Below are positions 1 to 7,535 of a DNA stretch of 13,036 bases, in pieces (position 1 is the first letter of the stretch; each line of letters starts with the position of its first letter). The notes under the pieces are model-generated. The model had not been told where the DNA came from. It made no database searches and worked only from the letters and a program-made list of their open reading frames with translations. A program made the translations under genes and the position numbers. The DNA comes from a virus: the IMG/VR virus record IMGVR_UViG_3300045988_138655; one strand, written 5' to 3'.

Positions 1-43
1 GGCAAGACAAACCTGTGAACAAATTATTAACATTTCCCCAATC

Positions 44-76
44 TGTTCATATTTTGTTCATATTTTGTTCATAATT
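44..76. repeat. Three tandem 11-bp repeats (TGTTCATATTT x2, TGTTCATAATT) near the left terminus
   Basis: Read directly at 44-54, 55-65 and 66-76. An inverted copy of the TGTTCA core (TGAACA) lies at 15-20. Confidence 0.9.
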
Positions 77-157
77 GCAAAACTGGCATGATTCTTGCTA
101 GGCAACTATAACAATAAATTGTCTGACAATATAGCACAAAGTCCGACAGTTATTCTG

Positions 158-186
158 TTGAAATCTTAGTTCATATGGAGTATAAT
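158..186 (+). promoter_or_regulatory. SigA-type promoter in the left ITR, firing inward
   Basis: TTGAAA (158-163), 17-nt spacer, TATAAT (181-186). It is followed by GGAGG (224-228), 8 nt before the ATG at 237. Confidence 0.6.
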
Positions 187-236
187 TAAACCATCAAATA
201 AATCAAGCAACAGCCATAAGGTAGGAGGAACACTAA

Positions 237-611
237 ATGAAATCAAAATACAAAAAAATCAAGTACACGAACACCGGAGTAAAAGCCCCGGTAGTGACTT
301 GTTTAAAATCCAACCCAAATCTTAGTAGATCAGACATGATAGAATTAAATTATCCAGAAATAAAAATCATTGTAAGAAGAGTTTTTCGAAAAACTATGTA
401 CAATCGTGCTGAGTCTCTCATTGGTATCATGTATGATAATTTTACTAATTCATTTTTTGTTCATGATACTATTAATGATGCAAGAGTTGTATGTGAGAAT
501 CTTTATTTGATCATTAAAAAACCAGAATTAGATTTTCGCATAACAACTAGGGAATACGATAGCATTTATGAGTATATGAAGGGAGTATTATACAATGCCA
601 AGGAATCCTAA
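237..611 (+). CDS. Hypothetical early protein, 124 aa (left ITR copy)
   Basis: ORF with a GGAGG SD and the ITR promoter. It is identical to 12426..12800(-). No family was recognised. The N-terminus is basic (KSKYKKIKY). Confidence 0.7.
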   Translation: MKSKYKKIKYTNTGVKAPVVTCLKSNPNLSRSDMIELNYPEIKIIVRRVFRKTMYNRAESLIGIMYDNFTNSFFVHDTINDARVVCENLYLIIKKPELDFRITTREYDSIYEYMKGVLYNAKES

Positions 612-870
612 AATCCCAACCACGTCGAGGGGTCTGAACGTCAACCCAAACATGCTAACTACGCTGGAGACTCTACAGCTCCGCAGGCAGCTTGCAAAAC
701 GTCTGAATCAGCGTATGCGCAGATTAAAAGCAAAAGGTTTTGATTCAGAGGTTGGAGGAGCGTACGCAGACTATCAGGACTGGTCTGTAGCTTATCATGA
801 GGTATTTAAAGAGAAAAAATTCTATAAAGCTACTCAGAAAGTTTCTGATAGATGCAAAATAATACGATAG
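595..870 (+). CDS. Chimeric 91-aa ORF: first 62 aa of the terminal-protein candidate fused to 29 unrelated residues (truncated paralogue or pseudogene)
   Basis: Residues 1-62 are identical to those of the 206-aa ORF because they lie inside the ITR. The sequences diverge exactly at the ITR boundary (781/782). The stop codon (868-870) sits inside the terminator stem. Whether the product is functional is unknown. Confidence 0.5.
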   Translation: MPRNPKIPTTSRGLNVNPNMLTTLETLQLRRQLAKRLNQRMRRLKAKGFDSEVGGAYADYQDWSVAYHEVFKEKKFYKATQKVSDRCKIIR

Positions 871-896
871 CCCAGCGGATGCTGGGCTATCGTATT
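861..896. terminator. Bidirectional rho-independent terminator
   Basis: A perfect 15-16 bp stem (atacgatagcccagc / gctgggctatcgtat) with loop ggat. It is followed by TTTTCT on the plus strand and ATTTTG on the minus strand. It lies between the convergent 91-aa ORF and the last late gene. Confidence 0.85.
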
Positions 897-901
897 TTCT
901 A

Positions 902-2158
902 TCACATTGTAATAGAACCTCTATGAATCTGCACCTGTGTAACCTCTGTCAAAGTTCGGTAATTGTGCTTATCATCTGAAATATCGTATAAGCTCAAATA
1001 AATATGCCTACCTCGGAAATTAAGCTGTGCGGGGATATGGTAGAAGTCACTGCCAGACTTAACGATCACACTTGTTGGATAGCATGTGTAGCCGTTATTG
1101 TCACCAATAAAGGACGTTGAGAAAATACGCCCCAAACGGTACTCAGTGCCATCACATGTAAGTGTCCCGCTGTTTGGTAAGCAAACATAGTTGCCCCAGA
1201 TCAGAGTGCTTGTATTTTCATTGTATGAGCTGACAAAAGTCCAGCTTGAACCTGGTGTAGCTGTAAAGTCGCCAGCTTCAAAGTTTGCAGTAACTTCATA
1301 AAATGATGGACTGCACGATCCCGTTTCAACAGCGGTAGCAAGATAGCTTGCAAGTCTCTCCTGTCCTGCTGTGTTTGGATGGAAGCCATCAGAACCCAGA
1401 AAGCCATCAGCATGGAGAATATAGTCTGACCCTGTCAGATACCGCCAATTCTTTCTCTGAGTGTTATAAACAGACTTTGCGATCTTTAATCTATTTTGCA
1501 CTGTTGGGTCGTCCGTCCGATCTACCGACCATGCAACCATAGCGGCAAATACTTTTGCGTTCGGAAATCTTACTTCTGCTACTCCCATAAAAGCATTGAT
1601 TGCATTCTCAATGTCTGAATAAAAACCAAACTCATTAAAGCCACCTACAACAAGAATCTGTTTGACCTCATTAGAAGCAGGTACGGCATTTAAAAGCATA
1701 AGAAATGAGTTGTTACTAGTAGAAAAAGAAGCCCCACCATTTGCGGAGATTGTGACATCCTCAAGCCCGGTGTACTTGATAAAGTTAGTAGTCCAAGGAG
1801 TAATATTGCCATCCGGAGTATACCCAACGGTGTAGCTGTCTCCGATGATGATGGTTTTCCCGGAATGATCAAAAAGTCCGTCTCTTTTCTGTAACTTTGT
1901 GATTTCACTTGTATTTGTTCCAACCTGCCCTTTTAATGGTTCAATCTGTTCGTTGATTACTTTTGTAGTAGCATCATTTACTACTTTTCCGATCTCTCCA
2001 TCATCCAAACTTTTCTGAATTGCATCATCAATCATGGTCTGGGCTGTGTCTTTTATATGCGTCCATTCCTCATGATCTTTGTCAGCCTGTTTGCCAACTT
2101 TAAGCAGCCAGTCTAAGTTCATGTCTTGTGATCCACTATGTGGGTATCTGAAAAACAT
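902..2158 (-). CDS. Tail fibre / appendage (receptor-binding) protein with a central SGNH/GDSL esterase domain, 418 aa
   Basis: It is the last gene of the late operon, after the collar genes. SGNH blocks are readable: IIIGDSYTVGY (GDS at about residues 106-108), ANGGASF, VGGFNEFG (GxN) and SDGFHPN (DxxH). The N-terminal ~95 aa are charged and helical-looking, and the C-terminal ~130 aa look beta-rich. The SD AAGGAGGA lies 7 nt upstream of the ATG. Confidence 0.6.
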   Translation of the reverse strand: MFFRYPHSGSQDMNLDWLLKVGKQADKDHEEWTHIKDTAQTMIDDAIQKSLDDGEIGKVVNDATTKVINEQIEPLKGQVGTNTSEITKLQKRDGLFDHSGKTIIIGDSYTVGYTPDGNITPWTTNFIKYTGLEDVTISANGGASFSTSNNSFLMLLNAVPASNEVKQILVVGGFNEFGFYSDIENAINAFMGVAEVRFPNAKVFAAMVAWSVDRTDDPTVQNRLKIAKSVYNTQRKNWRYLTGSDYILHADGFLGSDGFHPNTAGQERLASYLATAVETGSCSPSFYEVTANFEAGDFTATPGSSWTFVSSYNENTSTLIWGNYVCLPNSGTLTCDGTEYRLGRIFSTSFIGDNNGYTCYPTSVIVKSGSDFYHIPAQLNFRGRHIYLSLYDISDDKHNYRTLTEVTQVQIHRGSITM

Positions 2159-2171
2159 AATTTATTCCTCC

Positions 2172-2861
2172 TTAATAAGTTAATAAAAGCAGATCCTGTG
2201 CAAATAGTCCGGTGCAATAATCAATAAAGCTTTGTTTCCGTAACTCAAGCTCTGACTGAATCATCTGCTGTGAAGTAGTAACTCCAATGTTGCCATGAAT
2301 ACGCCCGGAGTGCTTATTCTGTCCGGTCTCCCGGCTTGTTTCACCCTTTCCATATTCAAACGTATTTTTGTTTTCCCCAGAACTTTGTACTTTTGTGCTA
2401 GCCCCATACTCAGTAGTTGTTTTTTCGTTGGGGCTATAGTTTGCATCATTAAAAGCACTGACCTCATTTATAGCTGTATCTGCCCCAGAGTTTGTCGTAG
2501 TGGTTCCCTGTCCAGCTTCTGCCCTGTTTATGTCCTGTCCGGAACTTTGACTTGTTCGTGTCATATCCGGGCTGTCTGTCCATTCTTCATGGCGGTCATA
2601 GTTTTCAATCGGTTCATAGTTAAGTAAGTCTAACACGTTATAAACCTTGTCAATGCTACTTTTCCATTTCCTGCTCCATGCAGGAATAGCACTCTCATGC
2701 ATAAACTCCCAGTCCGGATATAAAGGCTCGCAGTCTCCATAGGACAGAAGCAAACTGTCGATAAAGTTCTGTCTATCTGCTGATTCTGGAAATTCCATTT
2801 TATCAAATAAATTTTCATTCCATTCATAAAGCCCTGCTATCGTTATCTTATAAAGTCCCAT
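2172..2861 (-). CDS. Lower collar (phi29 gp11-position) protein candidate, 229 aa
   Basis: It lies immediately downstream of the portal gene and overlaps it by 14 nt. GGAGGTG lies 7 nt before the ATG. It has a long S/T/G/N-rich central segment. The functional call rests on position only. Confidence 0.4.
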   Translation of the reverse strand: MGLYKITIAGLYEWNENLFDKMEFPESADRQNFIDSLLLSYGDCEPLYPDWEFMHESAIPAWSRKWKSSIDKVYNVLDLLNYEPIENYDRHEEWTDSPDMTRTSQSSGQDINRAEAGQGTTTTNSGADTAINEVSAFNDANYSPNEKTTTEYGASTKVQSSGENKNTFEYGKGETSRETGQNKHSGRIHGNIGVTTSQQMIQSELELRKQSFIDYCTGLFAQDLLLLTY

Positions 2862-3768
2862 ATGATTTCACCTCCGCAGTTTCATAGCTTCTGATCTTGA
2901 TGGACAAGTTCATCTCAGGGTAAAGCCTGTTTGTCATGTCAACTCCCGCTTGCATGGTTTCAAGCCAAGTAGTTAATCGTGTCACGGCTTCTGCATCATT
3001 TTTGCTTGTCTCAAGCACATTCAGACGTTCTTTTTTGTCAGATCCGACAGATGGAATACCGACCTCTGTGTCAAACTGATCCAGAAGCTTTTCAAAAACC
3101 TCAATCAGCTCCGGTGCAATAAAGTTTTGCTTCAGATCCTTGTTGAAGCTTTCCCATGCATCCTGCTTGCTTCCTTGTCTGTCTTCCGTTTTTATTGATA
3201 CGTCAAAAGCTTCAACTGGGTTACCAGCTTGTATGCTGTCATAGATTTTTTTCAGTGTCTGAGCTGCTGTTTTGTTTTTCGCTGCAATCAGAAAAGCAAG
3301 TTTTGAATTAAACACATTCATGTCAAAAGCAGACGCAACAAGTGCCAGTTTGTAGCTGTAAAAGCCAATGATATCTCCAATCCCACAAAAAGTCGGTCTG
3401 ATATAGATGACAGAACAGTCTTTCCCGATCTCCATATCCTCTATGTCAATTGTAGCGTTGCTTGCATACGTGTGTATGCTTGCTGTCGTTGGTTTAAAGT
3501 AAATATTGTATCCTGTCAGCATTGGATACTGACCAATCAGTCCATAAAGATCTGTCTTTGTGATGCAAATATACCCTCCAAAAAGTAGGCAGTATTTGAA
3601 ATAGTCAATATCAATGCTTCCGTTGTATTTTATGTCAAGAACAGAGCATACACGCTCATAAAGCATCCGGTCAAACGTATCAGTATATAAGCTGTCGACT
3701 TTTATTCCTGATGGCTGGAAGTAATTTGTGCATATGTTGATCTTGTCAAAATTCATAGGTACCCACAT
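2848..3768 (-). CDS. Portal / upper collar connector, phi29 gp10-like, 306 aa
   Basis: Its size is close to phi29 gp10 (309 aa). By-eye similarity to gp10 as recalled: KKERLNVLETSKNDAEA vs KKERMVTDEVSSNDEQ, and NRLYPEMNLSIKIR vs NELYGLNVKVKFR. It follows the tail-knob gene, as in phi29. Confidence 0.75.
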   Translation of the reverse strand: MWVPMNFDKINICTNYFQPSGIKVDSLYTDTFDRMLYERVCSVLDIKYNGSIDIDYFKYCLLFGGYICITKTDLYGLIGQYPMLTGYNIYFKPTTASIHTYASNATIDIEDMEIGKDCSVIYIRPTFCGIGDIIGFYSYKLALVASAFDMNVFNSKLAFLIAAKNKTAAQTLKKIYDSIQAGNPVEAFDVSIKTEDRQGSKQDAWESFNKDLKQNFIAPELIEVFEKLLDQFDTEVGIPSVGSDKKERLNVLETSKNDAEAVTRLTTWLETMQAGVDMTNRLYPEMNLSIKIRSYETAEVKSYGTL

Positions 3769-3783
3769 GTTTTCATCCCTCCT

Positions 3784-5130
3784 TTATTCAAAATAAAATC
3801 CATTATTCAAGTAACTGCTAACCTGCTCTTGATCCCCCTCAAATCCTGCAATCTGGATAGAAGCATCCCGGCACTTTACAAAACCACTCAGTGCAGAAAT
3901 GGTGCTTACAGTACCATCTACATAACCCTCACTTGCTCCATCTGGATCAAGACTTGTACAAGCATATGAATTGAACTCTAAAATCTGGTTATTGAGTATA
4001 TTCGATATATTTCCAATAGTCCCTAGCATAGATACTTCTGGAGCGGTAATGCTTCTTCCTGCTTCTATTCCTGATGAAATTCCCTGTGCAATGTTTCCTT
4101 GTAATCCAGCACCAACAAGGCTAACAGCTGAGGTAGTAAGTTGTGCTATGTTTGTGCTCGCATAACCGATTTGCACTGGAACTGACAGCTGGAATTGGTA
4201 AGATGCAAAAACAACTTTCTTTGATTGCAAAAATACATTACATAGTCCACTTGTGGCATCAAATTGATACAGTGCATTTACACTTTCATCTATTTTATAA
4301 GGGTTGAGACCAACCACTCCGATAAAAGGAAGCTTTATAAAATAGTTTGAAAATGATGAAGTATAGTAGCGAAAATCCGTGATAGCATAAAGCGGATTAT
4401 CAAAAGCAAAAGAATATGAAAAATTTACGACTGTATCCTCATCAATTCTTTTTGCTACTACACCACTGTCCCAAAAACCTAGCTGTATTGCTTCATCATT
4501 ACTATTTTTAAAAGCACTTTCAACAAAAGGAACCCATTTTAAATCAAGAATATATTTAAAGGGGTCAAACATTAATTTTGTAATGGCGTCCGTTATCACA
4601 TCAGCAAAGTTTGATTCTGTATACATATAGTCGAGCAAGTCATTTAATTGAGTTCCGTTTATATAATAGGAGGCAACTCCACTCTTTGAAACTACTCTTA
4701 TAATATATTGCTGTGAATAAGTTCTTGTCATTATTTTCTCTTTATGAGTCACATTTCTTGTGGATAGCATCCAGTCATTTGTCGGAATATACATGCTGTC
4801 GTCTGCAAGCGTAGTCTGTTTACTTGATCGTTCAATAAAGCATGTATAGTTGCCAATCTCTGTCCGGTATGTTGCCAGCACATCCTCACTCGCTGAGATC
4901 TCAACCATGTCATTATTTAAAGACACTGTTGTGCTGATAAAATAGTAATGGTCAGCCCATTTCAGATAGTTGTATTGCAATGCATTATCCAATGATAATT
5001 TTAATTTGAACACTGGATTTTGAAAAGTGGTATTTGATTTTAAAAAACAGGGAACTACGGTTCCCTGTTCTGTTGGTCTTTTTGTGCTGTTTTTTCGTTT
5101 GGAAAAATGATATAAAATAATCTCTGTCAT
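3784..5130 (-). CDS. Tail knob (distal tube) protein, phi29 gp9-like, 448 aa
   Basis: By-eye similarity to recalled phi29 gp9: YYFISTTVSLNNDMVEISASEDVLATY vs WFYAFVTELEF...VHFEIDVLQTW. There is a Gly/Ala/Ser-rich hydrophobic loop (SAVSLVGAGLQGNIAQGISSGIEAG). The C-terminus DQEQVSSYLNNGFYFE resembles NDLQEIRTIFDNGITLW. It precedes the portal gene, as gene 9 precedes gene 10. Confidence 0.65.
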   Translation of the reverse strand: MTEIILYHFSKRKNSTKRPTEQGTVVPCFLKSNTTFQNPVFKLKLSLDNALQYNYLKWADHYYFISTTVSLNNDMVEISASEDVLATYRTEIGNYTCFIERSSKQTTLADDSMYIPTNDWMLSTRNVTHKEKIMTRTYSQQYIIRVVSKSGVASYYINGTQLNDLLDYMYTESNFADVITDAITKLMFDPFKYILDLKWVPFVESAFKNSNDEAIQLGFWDSGVVAKRIDEDTVVNFSYSFAFDNPLYAITDFRYYTSSFSNYFIKLPFIGVVGLNPYKIDESVNALYQFDATSGLCNVFLQSKKVVFASYQFQLSVPVQIGYASTNIAQLTTSAVSLVGAGLQGNIAQGISSGIEAGRSITAPEVSMLGTIGNISNILNNQILEFNSYACTSLDPDGASEGYVDGTVSTISALSGFVKCRDASIQIAGFEGDQEQVSSYLNNGFYFE

Positions 5131-5777
5131 CTTAAGTATACCTCACCTTTTGCTGTGATTGCACAAATCCAGCCAGATGGAATCCTGACCCACGCTGCTC
5201 CGGCAGCATCCTTTTTTATATCTTTTACTGTGACTACGGTTCCTTTTTTCAGGCACCCATCAGAATAAGCGTGTTTCATACCATCCCTTGTCAGCTGTGC
5301 ATACTTTTTGATCTGACCCCACACACTGTATCGTACATGTAAGTGATCCACCATAGTAGTATAGGTTCTACCTATTTCATAAGATGGGCTTTTTTCATCC
5401 CATACTCTGCGGATGCAGGATAAGTCAGACCTACGACTTACAAGGCTTTTGACTACACCAATACCGGGATTATCGACATCGTTTTTTCTGCTACCTCTAC
5501 TTTCAATCATATATCCGTATCCTACGAAAATAGCACAATGAGTTACCGGAGTACCGAAAAAAAGAAAATCACCTACTTTTTGCTCTCCAATCGGAACCCT
5601 TGTTCCAAGCTTTGAATAGCTTGATGCCGTCAGTCTTCCAACATTTGACCCTGCTTTTTTCTGGATCCAGTAAAGCAATCCAGAACAGTCAAGTCCCTGT
5701 GTTGGGGTCGAACCACCCCACACATATCTAACTCCAAGTAATTCCTTTGCATTTTCAACAAGTTCGTTCGCTGTCAT
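5127..5777 (-). CDS. Peptidoglycan hydrolase: N-terminal NlpC/P60 cysteine endopeptidase plus C-terminal SH3b-like wall-binding domain, 216 aa
   Basis: It has the NlpC/P60 signature GVRYVWGGSTPTQGLDCSGLLYW (catalytic Cys) and a downstream His in VTHCAIFVGYGYMIES. The C-terminal ~80 aa (AAWVRIPSGWICAITAKGEVYL) look SH3b-like. Its stop overlaps the tail-knob start (ATGA). Confidence 0.8.
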   Translation of the reverse strand: MTANELVENAKELLGVRYVWGGSTPTQGLDCSGLLYWIQKKAGSNVGRLTASSYSKLGTRVPIGEQKVGDFLFFGTPVTHCAIFVGYGYMIESRGSRKNDVDNPGIGVVKSLVSRRSDLSCIRRVWDEKSPSYEIGRTYTTMVDHLHVRYSVWGQIKKYAQLTRDGMKHAYSDGCLKKGTVVTVKDIKKDAAGAAWVRIPSGWICAITAKGEVYLR

Positions 5778-5784
5778 TTTACAC

Positions 5785-6009
5785 CTACTTTCCTAAGTGT
5801 TCAATTAATGAGTTCATTTTTTCAATCGCAACAGTGTTGTTTTTAATCACTTCAGAAAGCGTATCAACTTCATCTTTATGCTCTTCATTGAGTTTGTCAA
5901 CTCTTGCGTTTGTCTGATCGTACATGTATTTCACAAAGTATGCCATCACACAACAACATACGATTGGAAAAGCATAGTTGCCCAAAATAGTTAAGAATGT
6001 ATCCATCAT
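5785..6009 (-). CDS. Holin candidate, BhlA/UviB-like architecture, 74 aa
   Basis: It has a single N-terminal TM segment (FLTILGNYAFPIVCCCVMAYFV) followed by a charged coiled-coil tail. It lies directly upstream of the lysin gene. The size and layout match BhlA/UviB-type holins. Confidence 0.55.
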   Translation of the reverse strand: MMDTFLTILGNYAFPIVCCCVMAYFVKYMYDQTNARVDKLNEEHKDEVDTLSEVIKNNTVAIEKMNSLIEHLGK

Positions 6010-6326
6010 ATTGTAACCTCCGTAAAATAATTCTCATTAATTTGCATGCTGGGTACTGTATCAATTAATACTTTCACATACGTATCATCTTTTGCGTTAT
6101 TTACGAGTTTAAAGTGTGATGCATCGGGGAAACCGTAATACGATTCAAATTTTAATTCGTACAATGCAGTGTATACACTTGTATTTATTAATGGAATAGT
6201 GTCATACTGCAAAACTACACCAGTAGCTGCCACATTCATTAAAAATCTTCTCACCGAAACAGATTCAAAAGGAAGTGAAACTACTATTGAACCACCAGCA
6301 GGTACCTTTATGTTTGCTGCTAACAT
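6006..6326 (-). CDS. Hypothetical protein, 106 aa, translationally coupled to the capsid gene (possible minor head protein)
   Basis: It shares a TAATG overlap with the upstream capsid gene and an ATGA overlap with the holin gene. It looks beta-rich. No family was recognised. Confidence 0.5.
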   Translation of the reverse strand: MLAANIKVPAGGSIVVSLPFESVSVRRFLMNVAATGVVLQYDTIPLINTSVYTALYELKFESYYGFPDASHFKLVNNAKDDTYVKVLIDTVPSMQINENYFTEVTI

Positions 6327-7522
6327 TATACTCCCTCCCCCAGCACGTAAAGAATCGCATTGTGCGTAAAGTTATTCCATGCATTAAAACGGTAATGGTC
6401 ATAGATGTTGTAGTAGCCACCTGCCGCATTGAATGGGGTAGATGCTGAGTACATCCACTGATTATTTACGCCCATCGCTCTACGATCGTAAAGTAAACCA
6501 AGTACATATGGCAGGCTTACAGCTGTAGTGGCTGTCTTTGAAACTCCGTTAGCATCAATAATGTTAGGTGTGATATTTATAGCCGGGCTGTCGAACTCCT
6601 GCCAGCCATTTACAAGCTCCATGTCGGCAATTTTCAAATACTTATCATTAAATACTTCCGGGAGTACCTGTGTTTCGCTGTCAACCCAAAAATCAGTGTA
6701 CATAAGCAACTTTTGATTCTCTGGTCTTGTGAATCGCAAGATGTTCTTTCCAGTCAGATTCATATGATACTTTGTGGTTCTGTCCTGCATCTTCTTTGAA
6801 TCTTTCTTAACTCTTGATACTACAAAAGCCATGAAATCTTTATGATGTTCAGGACTTAAAAGCAGCTTACGTGTGAGTTTTGTTCCATACTCTGTATTGT
6901 AAGCTTCTACCAGATCCACCTCATTTGTTCCAAGGGATGAGATACCAGCCATGAAGTTAAGCACCGTCAGTCTGCGTTTTGCTTCATTTCTGGATTCGAT
7001 ATCATTGTAATAAGCTATCATATAGCTACTTACAAACATCAGGAATTCTGCTTCGTTTGAGAAAGCAAGTGCCAGCTGATCCCGGAATCGTGTGATATGC
7101 GACTGTAGAACTTTACTGCCATAGAATTTCAACTCCACCAGTTTTGGAGCATTGATCTTGTACATATCAACCGACTGTCCATCAGCAAGCTGGTTTTCAC
7201 TCAAGTCTGTATTCCAATCCTGGGATGCTTCTGCGTCCAATGGAAGTGAAATGATCTCACGTGTGATAGCACCCCAACGTTCGTTATCCTCAATGATTGA
7301 CCGGAACACTCCGGATCTGTATTTTTCCTTTTCAAAATAGGTTTTTCCACACCACTGACTGAGTGCTTTCAATGTAGGTTCTACACCTGTCCGCAACATG
7401 GTTTCCCCGACAGATACAAAAGAGCTTGTGTCTACTGCTTTGATATTCTCCTGTCCGGTAGCCATCTTGTACAGATCATTAATGATCAAATAGGCATCCT
7501 GCACAACTAAACTGTTTGCCAT
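6326..7522 (-). CDS. Major capsid protein candidate, 398 aa
   Basis: It is the largest head-module ORF and lies directly downstream of the scaffold-like gene, as gene 8 follows gene 7 in phi29. It has a strong SD (AAGGAGGTG). No motif-level proof is available by eye. Confidence 0.6.
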   Translation of the reverse strand: MANSLVVQDAYLIINDLYKMATGQENIKAVDTSSFVSVGETMLRTGVEPTLKALSQWCGKTYFEKEKYRSGVFRSIIEDNERWGAITREIISLPLDAEASQDWNTDLSENQLADGQSVDMYKINAPKLVELKFYGSKVLQSHITRFRDQLALAFSNEAEFLMFVSSYMIAYYNDIESRNEAKRRLTVLNFMAGISSLGTNEVDLVEAYNTEYGTKLTRKLLLSPEHHKDFMAFVVSRVKKDSKKMQDRTTKYHMNLTGKNILRFTRPENQKLLMYTDFWVDSETQVLPEVFNDKYLKIADMELVNGWQEFDSPAINITPNIIDANGVSKTATTAVSLPYVLGLLYDRRAMGVNNQWMYSASTPFNAAGGYYNIYDHYRFNAWNNFTHNAILYVLGEGV

Positions 7523-7535
7523 TATTTACACCTCC

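Larger units (their letters stand above)
1..781. repeat. Left inverted terminal repeat (781 bp)
   Basis: Compared by eye over its whole length, 1-781 equals the reverse complement of 12256-13036. The first mismatch is position 782 (g) against the complement of 12255 (t). The 124-aa ORF is identical in both copies, as are the first 62 codons of the next ORF. Confidence 0.95.

Noticed and set aside
44-76. The short tandem repeats considered as a CRISPR array.
   Set aside because: The units are 11 bp and directly abutting, with no spacers. There are only three copies, mirrored in the other ITR, and there are no cas genes.
1201-1413. Nested minus-strand ORFs in alternative frames (1201-1413, 1690-1923, 2261-2467, 2630-2827, 9028-9225).
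   Set aside because: They are fully embedded in longer ORFs in another frame. They have no SD and no recognisable motifs.
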